Shown here: piece after piece, positions 38,427-48,580 of the stretch
Position numbering within the stretch: position 1 is the first letter of the stretch
How the letters are laid out: each line of letters starts with the position of its first letter
Assembly: GCF_006345805.1 (NCBI RefSeq)
Contig: NC_043003.1
Span: 30,628,001 to 30,692,000, forward strand
DNA: 64,000 bases
DNA from: Octopus sinensis
Lineage: Eukaryota
Reading direction: 5' to 3'
Position numbers and translations under genes: made by a program
Notes under the pieces: generated by a model
The model's database searches: none
Told to the model about the DNA's origin: nothing
What the model saw: only the letters and a program-made list of their open reading frames with translations

Positions 38427-40799
38427 CTAGCAGAATTGCCCGGCGATGCTCGGGGCTGATTTGCTTGAAAGTACTGTTAATGATTGCACTGAATTATGAT
38501 GATTATTCGGGCAAATATTGATATAAGTTTACGGTGGGAGATAAGGACTTAACGATCAAACGTGTGCCATTGCATTGTTTTGGGGGAACCAAATTTCTAA
38601 TGAGCATTATAGGGGCACCAACTTTAAGTTTGAGAATGTGTGGTGGTAGTCCGGGGGGCTGAAAGGAATTGAGTACCTCTATTGGTCAGGAGTTGTATCG
38701 ATAGACTTATATACATAGACATCCCCAGGAATGAGTTTTAGCATTTCATCATTAATATGGTGAACAGTTTTATTCCTCGGGGCCAGAATAGCCATTTGGC
38801 CAATCCAATCCATATTCTGATAATTAGCTTGTAGATCTGGGAACACTGCATCTCTGGGATCAGAAGGCGTTTTAACAATGGTACAAATGGAATCGATGGC
38901 AATATTACCATTTTCATCTCCTGGTATTTTGCCTTCGCCAAGTGCAAGGAGGGTGTGAGAAAATGCTGCTGATGTGATATTACGTCGCATATGAGCACGC
39001 ATATTGGTGTGAAGTTTGAGAGTCTTCACCAGTGGCCACAATGTGGATGACTTAAGACACGCACTTACTGCATCAGTTCTAGTCCCTTTGGGAATAACGG
39101 GAAGTGTTTGTCGGAAGTTCCCTGAAAGAAGAAGTGTTATGCCTGACATGGGAGATGAAGAGTGTTTGATGTCTCTGAGAGATCTATCTAGTGCCTCAAG
39201 AGCACCTCTGTGGGCCATCGTGCATTCATCCCAAACGATAAGCTTGCATCGTCTGAAGACTTCTCCCTGATCGGAGCTGTTACTGATGTTGCAAGTTGGT
39301 GTCTCAGTCTTCGTTAAGTCAAGCGGAAGCTTGAAAGTGGAGTGAGCTGTCCTGCCGCCTGGCAACAAAGTAGCCGCAATTCCAGATGATGGCACAGCTA
39401 GGGCAATGCCTTGTGTTCGCCTAATTTCAGCCAATATTAATTTGTTGACGAAAGTTTTCCCAGTGCCCCCAGGAAAAAATCCCCCCAGCTTTGGCCCAAT
39501 CTGAATTAACAACGGAGTTGTAAGCGAACTTCTGTTCTGGAAGGAGCTTTGGCTCATTGTCGGCTATGTACTCGGCAAGCTCGTCAACATTAAAACATGT
39601 CTCACGCAGCAAATGTGAAGACATAGTGTTTGTGCCTTCCCGGTTTGTTGAAGGTAGGCCATAGACCGGCAAGGCACTACCGCCCATATCAAGTACAGTA
39701 TCTTCGAACGTAGTTTGTTACCACACAGCCACACCTGCCCCTATGTATGTGTGTGCGTGTGTGTGTATGGGTAGATATATTATGCATGTATATATGTGTA
39801 TATATATATGTGTACATATTACATGTACATCTATATATATATACATCTACACATAAAATACAAAATAGAAAGTTATATCTTGATATCGCTAGTGATAACA
39901 ATACTCAAAATATATAACAGACTGGAATTGTAGGCCCGTCTCTTGCAATTTCGATCAATTGGATCTTGTCCTCCCTCTTGTATAGAAGTGTACGGCTGCA
40001 GCGAAATTCATTTTTGGACTTTCTTCTATCGAAGGCATTTTAACAAAAATGCTTCCGTAAAGACGGTGAAAATATTGTCAATTTCCCCAAACAGGGACAC
40101 AATTCAATTTTGAAACAACCAAAGCCCCTTCTCCGAAAGGGGGAGGGTTACGGTTTACAATTATTTAACAAATGCAACACAACAACGTTTCCCTGACGAG
40201 GAACCATCAAACGTGATTACAATAGTCAAACAGTAATAATAATAACAACAAACCTTTCAATTTATCCCCATTTATGTGAAACCACTTATTCAAGTTCAAG
40301 TCATTGATGCAATTTTATACGAATTGCTAATACACACACACACACACACACACACACTCATAATAAGGGTGAAAAATTGAATATTAATTTGATTAATATG
40401 AATTGAAAACCAGTGGTGTAGCATATAAGACCATAGCGGATCTTCCTCTAGCAAAAAGGATGACCAGTATTAATGGTTCATCCCTGTTTTAAAAATACTT
40501 TCACTTTAATTGTTACACACTTGCAAAGAGAAAGGAGGAGAAAGTGTAGTGGTAATGGAAGGAGTGAAGCATTTGAAATGAGAGAGGGAAATCGTAAAAT
40601 ATTGAGTTTTCTCGAATTTTTGCTTAATTGGGGGTGAAATTGAAAAAAAACTTTTTATGCCATGACCCAATCGAATCTACTTGGAAAAATCATAGGTAAA
40701 TTCCAATTGAAGAAATTCTATATTGTAGAATTGTATTAAAAAGAAACATGGGAACAGGCAGAGAAAATCTGCCTTTTATCATAAGATTATCATAAGAGA
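38427..40799 (-). mobile_element. Non-autonomous Helitron derivative (copy 2, ~2.37 kb)
   Basis: Minus strand A^TCTCTTATG at 40799. Hairpin CCCGAGCATCGCCGGG then CTAG^T ending at 38427. Colinear with 184-2466. Confidence 0.92.
38530..39687 (-). pseudogene. Helitron PIF1 helicase fragment (copy 2), frameshifted at Walker A
   Basis: Same motifs as copy 1. A 10-bp deletion removes DAP before GGTGKT. Retains [11 protein letters not shown]...CNGTRL, which copy 1 lacks. Confidence 0.9.
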
Positions 40800-40800
40800 T

Positions 40801-40878
<78 letters not shown>

Positions 40879-41089
40879 GAGAATGAGGCATCGTTCATCT
40901 GTCTCCCCACCACGCCTCCACCTACACAAAAATTAGTTTGGGCGCGGAAAACTTTTATTTTTATTTTTTCTTAAAATGCTGGCATGAAGCTGTAAAACTT
41001 TGAGAAAGAGAGAGTGCTGAGAGAGATCAGAAACAAAAATTAGAACGCGACATTTGCTGACCTGTCGTAATTGCTTAATTGAAATTCCA

Positions 41090-41235
41090 GGGGTGCTAAT
41101 GTAGATCTGCACCTCTCCTAGAAAAAATGCATTTTTCTGAAAAAGTTTATTTAGAGTCCTAGGTCTTATATGTCAGAATAAACTTTTTCAGAAAAATACA
41201 TTTCTGAATGGGAGGTGTGAATTTGCATTAGCCCC
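41090..41235. mobile_element. 146-bp palindromic MITE-like hairpin
   Basis: TGCATTTTTCTGAAAAAGTTTATT (41128-41151) versus AATAAACTTTTTCAGAAAAATACA (41177-41200), 1 mismatch. Outer arms GGGGTGCTAATG / CATTAGCCCC. Confidence 0.8.
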
Positions 41236-41594
41236 ATTCCCAAATCTTTTAGTGGGTGCATGAAATAGCTTTTCCGTCATCCTCAAAAACTTCACGGATG
41301 CGAAAATGAAGAACATATATAACAGGTATGTAGAACATATATTTCTGTACTTTCTGCTTATTCGTATAAATCATTGAAATTGTTGTGCACGCGCACACAG
41401 ACACGAATACACCAATTATACACAATTTCTATATATATTTAATAACGAACCATGTAATTCACACCCAGGAAATTTTATTTCTGTAAAATGTTGGGAGTGG
41501 GTGAAACTTCCGAGGCTTCCACCTCACCCCACTCCATTTTTCGAACCGTAAAAAGGGTTTTCTACCTTGTTGGGATGGGTTATGTTAGCATGTC

Positions 41595-42026
41595 ACAGGA
41601 ATTCATTCAAGGAAAAAAAAAATCCAATTTGCCACCCCCTTTTCCGAACAAAAATAAGGGATTTGCAGCATATTAGGGTAAGGAGGTCCCTTTTTTTCTG
41701 ACAATGTTCTTTTCTCTTTTCTTTCTTTTCCTTTTAGAAACACATCTTACAGTTCCCCCTTCTTTTACACTTCAACATTGCTGTCCCTGATCTACTAACA
41801 CCAGCTCGCGGCATTTTAAAGGGGTGGCAGATTTATTTTTTTCTCAACTTTCCTTGACCGTGTAAGGGTCAGAGGTTCTTCCTACCCTCATTAATTTCTC
41901 TTACCGGTGACAAGATAAGACCCATTAATTCTTTTCCCAGCCAGCGGAAGTGGGTCATAGCATTTTCTCGTTTTTTTTCACCTTCGCTACACTATCTATC
42001 TATCTATCTATCTATCCAGGGACTTT

Positions 42027-42106
<80 letters not shown>

Positions 42107-43190
42107 AGAAACAAAAATAAGAATGCGACATTTGCTGATCGGTCGTATCAAAGTAAAGATGTCTTGTGCTTCTTGCGAATTCAAATATTATATTTGCATG
42201 CGTACCTTTATTCAGGAAGACGGAAAAGCTATAGAATTCCTTCGGAATCATGGTGTCCTACCAACTTCTGTAACATGTCCTCGATGTGGAAGCAAATGTA
42301 TATACAGAGAAGACCAGCATATTTGGAGATGTAGGAAAAGTTTTACTGTCGCAAAATCGAAGAAACGGCGTCAATGTGGCTATTCGATATCAGACTTTCA
42401 TGGGACCTTTCTTGATAATGCACGCATTAGTCCATGGAAGCTTATCTTTGTGAATGAGTTTCTGCTTGGTGCATGGCAGCATAAAAGAGTCGTAGAAAAC
42501 CTGGAATTGAGTCCAGCAACTAGTGTAGACTGGAGATCATTTTGTTCCAAAGTCACGGAAAAGTGGCTTCAATCTCAGGAAGCGATCGGCGGCGAATCAA
42601 TCGAAGTCGAAATTGATGAGACTTTGATTGTTCGTCGTAAATACGGGAGGGGTCGAATTTTGCGCCAAGTTTGGTTGTTTGGTGGAATAGAGCGAACCAG
42701 TAAGCGTCGTTTTGTTGTGCCTCTTATTAATAAGAAGCGTGACAAAGCGACACTGGTTCCTCTAATCCAAAATGACCACCACTACAGGAATTCATTCAAC
42801 GAAAAAAAAAAATCCAATTCGCCACCCCCTTTTCCGAACCAAAATAAGGGATTTGCAGCATATTAGGGTAAGGAGGTCAGAGTACTTGATTCCACGCAAA
42901 AAATCCGAATTAAAAAAAAAAAAAAAAATTTCCTTAGTGAAAATTCCGGGGGAGGGGGGCTGCCCTCCCTTCCGAACCAAAATATGGGATTTACAGCATG
43001 TTACGAGGTCAGGGTACTTGATTCCACGCAAAAAATCTGAGTTTTTTTTTTTCTTCGTGAAAATTCCGGGGGGGGGGGTTACCCCTCCCCCCTTTCCGGA
43101 ACAATTCCGGACCAAAATATGGGATTTGCAGCATATTAGGAGGTCAGGGTACTTGATTCCACGCAAAAAATCCGAGTTCTTAGTGAAAAT
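41595..43190 (+). repeat. 94-bp direct repeats (41595-41688 and 42784-42878) flanking the Merlin fragment, continuing as ~130-bp tandem units
   Basis: ACAGGAATTCATTCAA...AGGAGGTC occurs twice. GTACTTGATTCCACGCAAAAAATC recurs near 42880, 43012 and 43147. Confidence 0.85.
42159..42770 (+). pseudogene. Merlin (IS1595/ISXO2-like) transposase, 3'-truncated before the second catalytic Asp
   Basis: CPRCG...WRC zinc ribbon, DW, VEIDET, RKYGRGR and WLFGGIER are Merlin hallmarks. The ORF runs on into flanking repeat sequence. Confidence 0.85.
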
Positions 43191-43776
43191 CGTGCGGGTG
43201 TTAATCTAATTTTACCGATATTCGCTAGAGTAATTCGTACAACTGCATTCCCTTGACAAAAATGCTTTTCAGTGAAATCTTATGAATGTCTTATAGACTT
43301 ACAAAAATTGTTTGAGCGTCAGAAAAATTCCCTACAATATTTACTTACAGCTCACTACTGTCTGGGTTCTAATTCCACCGAGGTTAACTTTATCTTTCAT
43401 CCACCTGAGGTCGATAAAACAGTCAAGCGATTGGCTATTCGTAAATAATAAAATAATAATAAGAAGAATAATAAAATAGATTAAGATTAAGAAGTGTTTA
43501 TAAGCGCTATGTTTAATAACGAGTACAATTAAAGACAATCGGATATATTTAACGGTCTTCATTGGTGTGGCTGGGCACATTAATCCTCTAAATTGACGAA
43601 TTTTGTTTATCGACAATCACTCGCCATAAAAGAAGCTTAAGTAATTTTACTGACTTGTTACATATGTAATGCTCAAAAAAATTGCTGTGATGTAATTAAA
43701 ATCCTGTCCTGAACTTGCTTGTAAAACGGAATGACCCATTAGATTATAGTGAAACCTGGCGGTCACATTCTGGAAG

Positions 43777-44003
43777 CTTCCGGTTCATCCCTTATATAAA
43801 GGAAAGGAATTTCTAAATTCGCGCCATTCAGTGCCTGTTGATTCCTCAACATGCTTTGGGTCAAGCCGTCACATACACACCTGCTCGTGCTCACGAGCCG
43901 GTGTGTATGTGGCGGCTTGACCCAATGCATGTCGAGGAATCAACAGGCACTGAATGGCGTAAATTTAGAAATTCCTTCCTTTATATAAGGGATGAACCGG
44001 AAG
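43777..44003. repeat. 227-bp near-perfect palindrome
   Basis: Arms of 113 and 112 bp with 6 mismatches plus 1 indel by hand alignment, and a 2-nt centre (43890-43891). Confidence 0.95.
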
Positions 44004-44010
44004 TCCCCAA

Positions 44011-44287
44011 TGTGGGATGACGTCAGCAGCTGGGTGCGTTGACCGGAAGCTGGGGCAACTGGAAGGGGCAGCCGTCAGGCGTGCGCAGGCAGCGGGGAAT
44101 TCGGCCTTTCCAACGTGGGTCGTCCAGGTGTCAAGACGTGTGAGGACGTCGCTAAGGTTTGGGTGAGCAGCTGCTATCTTTAGTGATCGGGTCGGGGCTG
44201 TGTCGAAGGATTAGTTACCACTGAAGGGTCTCCATCACGAGGAAGAGAAGGTAGGTGCCTTTATATTCGATTCGCGCACACACCACA
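44011..44287 (+). repeat. 5' LTR (277 bp)
   Basis: TGTGG...CCACA termini. 7 mismatches versus the 3' LTR (2.5%). Confidence 0.95.
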
Positions 44288-44340
44288 AGCTATTTCGGCA
44301 ATTCTTAAACATTTACATTTCAACACGATTCATCGCCACG

Positions 44341-45104
44341 ATGTCTGCAAAAATAAGGATCGCCAGCGACGTCGTCAGACCTTTTAATGGTGAAGGCGAT
44401 GTAGTGGTCTGGATTCGCAAAATCAGGCTGGTGGAAAGACTGCAAGGTATAAGCGATGTGGAAGTCTTATGGCGCTGTATTTAGAAGGGAGCGCCTTAAC
44501 GCTATACCTTGAGATGGACGAAGAGGAACGGCTCAGCGAGGAGAACATAGAGCAACGCTTGCGGGATGCCTACACGGAATGCGAATACACAGCTTTTGCT
44601 AAGCTAGGTGCGATCAGGTGGACGGGAGGACAAGTAGATGACTATGCAGCAGAAGTTAGAAGGTTAGCGACTCTGGCTGGGTTTGCGGGAGAAGGGCTGG
44701 AGAGAGCAGCCCGGCTGGCGTTTGTGAATGGGTTCCCCGACAATGTAGGGATTCACCTACAATGACTGCCCGGGATTAAAAAGATGGCGCTGAGCGAACT
44801 TGTAGCTCAGGTCCGCGTGTTGACGAGACACTCTGGGCGGAAGGCGATAGCGATGGCGGTGACGGAGGCGCGTAAAGACGGACGACGTCCCGAGAAAGAC
44901 GTACAGAAGCTTACCATGCAACGAGAGCGGCCGTTCTCAGGACGGTGTTTTAGATGCCAGGGACCGCACATGGCGGGGGACTGTATGCAGCCGGGGCCCG
45001 TTTGCTATCGATGCAGGCAGACAGGGCACATTGCCCGTGATTGCGACCAGGGAAACGACCGCGGGGAAGTTGCTGCCTCTCGAACTTTCCCTGCAAACGA
45101 GTAG
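44341..45104 (+). pseudogene. gag: gag with two zinc knuckles, disrupted by a 1-nt deletion (~44462) and an in-frame TGA (44763-44765)
   Basis: MSAKIRIASDVVRPFNGEGDVVVW... shifts into ALYLEGSAL. Knuckles CFRCQGPHMAGDC and CYRCRQTGHIARDC. Confidence 0.85.
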
Positions 45105-45108
45105 AGGC
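45050..45108 (+). promoter_or_regulatory. Predicted -1 ribosomal frameshift signal (slippery heptamer plus H-type pseudoknot)
   Basis: G GGA AAC at 45050-45056 in gag phase. Stem 1 45061-45071/45083-45094; stem 2 GCCTCT/AGAGGC. pol is in the -1 frame. Confidence 0.75.
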
Positions 45109-47917
45109 GCTATTGGAGACGCTGCCATTGATTGACGCGGAGGCCGAGGGGAAGACGTTCAAGGCCCTCGTGGATACGGGCTGTACAACCACCATTGTGA
45201 CTTCGAGGGTGACGAAGGAATGGAACGGGGTGAGTAGTGTCCGGGTGGTCGACCGCAGCGAAATCCGTTGCAGAGGCAGCAGCAAGGTAGAGATAGTGGT
45301 GCGCGGCGCGACGCTAAGGCTGCAGGCAATTGTGGCCGAACGCGTGATAGATGGAGTTGATGTGGTGATGGGGATGGACGCCATCAACTGCCTCGGTGGC
45401 GTCAGTGTTGTGGGAAATGAGGTCACGTTCGGAAGCGTGGGGGCGTCGTGCACTGCGAGTCAGAATCGCCAGAGAGAGCAGAGCCCCGCGAGGGACTGCG
45501 CCGCTTACACCATCGAGGACAAAGACTTTCAGGCGGCGTTCGATGGTCAGCGGTGGACGATAGAGTGGCGATGGAAGGACGAGCCCCCGACGCTGGAAAA
45601 CAGGCTGAGCTGTTACCAGCATACCCTGAAAGGCCACGCCAGGGTCGAGTTTGAAGACGAGGTGGAGAGGTGGATCGAGGAAGGGGTCCTTGTCCCTTGG
45701 AATGAGGAGGTAGCGGGCGGAGTGCTGCCTCTGATGGCGGTGGTGCAGCCTACGAAGGGAAAAGTCAGACCGGTGCTGGACTTCAGGGAGCTAAACCAGC
45801 ACATATCGTGTCACACGGGAGGTGAGGCGACAGACGTTTGTGGCGAGGCGTTACGTAAGTGGAGACAGTCGACCGAGGCAGCGACGATTGTCGACTTGAA
45901 ATCGGCATACTTGCAGCTCCATGTGAGCGACAAACTGTGGCGATATCAGCTGGTGCGCTACAAGGGCCGGACGTACTGTTTAACCAGGTTGGGTTTCGGG
46001 CTGAATTCCGCTCCGAAGATCGTGGCGGCAGTGCTTAGGTCCGTCCTAGGGAAAGACGGCAAGATTAGAAAGGCCACCAGCTCCTACATTGACGACATTT
46101 TGGTGGACGAAACTGTAGTGCCAGCCGACGAGGTAGTTAGACATCTGGAGAAGTTCGGACTGATTGCTAAGCCACCGGAATCGATTGAAGGGGGAGCCGC
46201 GCTGGGGCTGAAGCTGCGAAGAGATGGATCGGGTGAATTGGTGTTCCGGAGAGGAAATGAAATCCCAGAACTGAGTTCCAGCGTCAGCAGGAGAGAGCTG
46301 TTCTCGGTGTGTGGGAAGTTGGTCGGTCACTACCCGATCGCTGGATGGCTGCGCACGGCGTGTAGTTACACCAAGAAACAAGCAGAAGGGGAGAGTTGGG
46401 GCGACAAGGTGGGAGAAGGGACGGTGGCGATGATGCAGGAAATCCTAGAGAGGACGAGAGCGGAAGACCCGGTCAGGGGGAACTAGTACGTGCCCAAGAC
46501 GGAATGCGGGACCGTCTGGTGTGATGCTAGCAGTATAGCGATAGGGGTGGTGTTGGCAATCGAAGGCGCTGCGGTGGAGGACGCGGCCTGGCTTCGGAAA
46601 GCAGATGATTTCAACCACATCAATGTCGCCGAATTAGACGCGGTGCTGAAAGGGGTGAACTTGGCCTTGAAATGGGGGCTGCGCACGATTGAAATCCGGA
46701 CGGATTCGGCCACTGTGCTTAGCTGGGTAGGATCGGTGATCACCGGTGAAAGGAGAGTGCGGACGAAAGGTGCTGCGGAGATGTTAGTGAAGCGCCGTCG
46801 AGGAGTTCTAGGTGAATTGATCGCCGAGTTCGGACTGAAGCTGAACGTGGTTTTCGTGCCTTCGGAGAAAAACAGGGCGGACGTATTGACCAGGGTGAAA
46901 AGAGCGTGGTTGGAAGAACCGGAGGAGGCTCGGAAAGGGATAGCTGCGGCGTGTCGGTTGGATGACTCTGAACTGAAGAAACTACATGCTATGCATCACC
47001 TGGGTGTGGACAGGACCCTGTATCTGGCGAAGAAAATTGATGCTGACGTCACTAGGAGAAGCATCCGGAAGGTGGTCGGGAGCTGCGACAGGTGTCAATC
47101 TATCGACCCTGCTCCGTGTGAGCATGAACAGGGAAGCCTTTCCGTGGAGCAGAACTGGAAAAGGCTAGCTGTGGATGTGACACACTACCGTCAGCGAATG
47201 TACCTCTCCATGGTCGACTGCGGGCCGGGCCGGCTGGCCATTTGGAGGGAGTTGAGATCGGGCATTGCTGACGAGATCGCGCAGATCCTGAACGGGATAT
47301 TTTTAGAGAGAAGGCCCGTGGAAGAACTACTGATGGACAACGGGGCGACGTTTCGTTCGGAAGCATTGAGGGTTATGCTTGATCGGTGGAATGTGCGACG
47401 CTTGTTCAGAGCAACGTATAGGCTGAGCGGTAACGGGATCGTGGAGAGGCACCATCGGACAGTCAAGGCCATAGCGGAAAGAGGGCACATTTCTCCGCTT
47501 GAAGCAGTTTTTTGGTACAACTTGTCTCCCCGATCCGGACAAGCTGAGGAATCTGTGCCGCAGAGAGCTGTGTTCAAATATGAATGGAGGAACCCGAGCA
47601 AAGCGCTGGAGGGTCACGAGGAAGAGAAGGGACCCGTTCGCGTGAAAATAGGGGAGGAAGTCTGGGTCAAGCCACCAAAGGCGCGCTGTACGTCTCAATG
47701 GAGCAGAGGAACGGTGACGGCGGTCAATTCCAGAAACAACGTATCCGTAGATGGAATGCCACGACACGTCTTGGACCTTCGCAGGATTGTCGCTTCGACG
47801 GACGACGATTCTGGAGAAGTGGAGAACGAGGTGCCCAGCTTGAGATCTCGACGAGCAAGGCGCTCTCCCGGTTGGATGGTGGACTACGACATGGAGAGGA
47901 GAGATTGTGATCTTTAA
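45050..47917 (+). pseudogene. pol: pol (protease, RT, RNase H, integrase) with a single in-frame TAG at 46484-46486
   Basis: PR ALVDTGC; RT RPVLDF, VDLKSAY, RLGFGLNSAP, SYIDD; RH WCDAS, HINVAEL, TDS; IN HHLGVDRT..C..C, AVD, MDNG, GIVER. ORFs 45041-46486 and 46490-47917 share a frame. Confidence 0.9.
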
Positions 47918-47930
47918 GATCAGGGTGGCG

Positions 47931-48207
47931 TGTGGGATGACGTCAGCAGCTGGGTGCGTTGACCGGAGGCTGGGGCAACCGGAAGGGGCAGCCGTCAGGC
48001 GTGCGCAGGCAGCGGGGAATTCGGCCTTTCCAACGTGGGTCGTCCAGGTGTCAAGACGTCTGAGGACGTCGCTAAGGTTTGGGTGAGCAGCTGCTATCTT
48101 TAGTGTTCATGTCGGGGCTGTGTCGAAGGATTAGTTACCACTGAAGGGTCTCCATCACGAGGAAGAGAAGGTAGGTGCCTTTATATTCGAATCGCGCACA
48201 CACCACA
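47931..48207 (+). repeat. 3' LTR (277 bp)
   Basis: Direct repeat of 44011-44287. Confidence 0.95.
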
Positions 48208-48457
48208 CTCGACTTCCACTTAAACCGGAAACTTCCAGAATGTGACCGCCAGGGTTCACTACAAGTTTATAACAGAACGAAAGTTTTGTATTTATCAGTG
48301 TTTATCAGACAGTGGTGCGCTTTTATATGGACATCACTGCATATGTATGTGTGTGTGTGTGTGTGTGTGGATATAGTATGGTGGTCTTCAATCAGAAATA
48401 TGGATGTCACAAGGAATACTAGAGTAAAAATATTGATTTATTATTAATAACAATTTC

Positions 48458-48580
48458 AGGGCGGCGAGCTGGCAGAACTGTAAGCATGCCGGGCAAAATG
48501 TCCCGGAAATCAACTTTGCCTTTCGGAGTCGTTGAAATAAGTACCAGTTGAGCACTGGGGTCGATGTAATCGACCAGCTC
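48458..48580 (+). mobile_element. Internally deleted tRNA-derived SINE (family of 12026)
   Basis: GGGCGGCGAGCTGGCAGAA head and GTACCAGTTGAGCACTGGGGTCGATGTAATCGAC. Confidence 0.75.

Larger units (their letters stand above)
44011..48207 (+). mobile_element. Compact (4197 bp) LTR retrotransposon with Ty3/Gypsy-type domain order PR-RT-RH-IN
   Basis: Two 277-bp TG...CA LTRs, gag with zinc knuckles, pol, and a purine-rich AGGGTGGCG tract before the 3' LTR. No TSD and no TGG-type PBS. Confidence 0.93.
43747..48261. mobile_element. TIR-bounded element (39-bp TIRs, ~318 bp without the insert) enclosing a palindrome and the LTR retrotransposon
   Basis: TAGTGAAACCTGGCGGTCACATTCTGGAAGCTTCCGGTT (43747-43785) versus the reverse complement of 48223-48261: 2 mismatches in 39 bp. 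Confidence 0.85.

Noticed and set aside
42784-43190. Regularly spaced repeats resembling a CRISPR array; also the RTE 3'-UTR units at 60520-60850
   Set aside because: Units are 65-135 bp tandem copies without unique spacers, there are no cas genes, and the context is eukaryotic.
44937-47910. Multiple antisense and alternative-frame ORFs (60-170 aa) within the LTR element
   Set aside because: Expected in GC-rich coding DNA; no env-like or other domain signal.
42123-47917. Possible bacterial contamination or horizontal transfer (IS1595-like transposase; GC-rich 44-48 kb block)
   Set aside because: The transposase has eukaryotic Merlin features and microsatellite flanks. The GC-rich block is an LTR retrotransposon embedded in host repeats.
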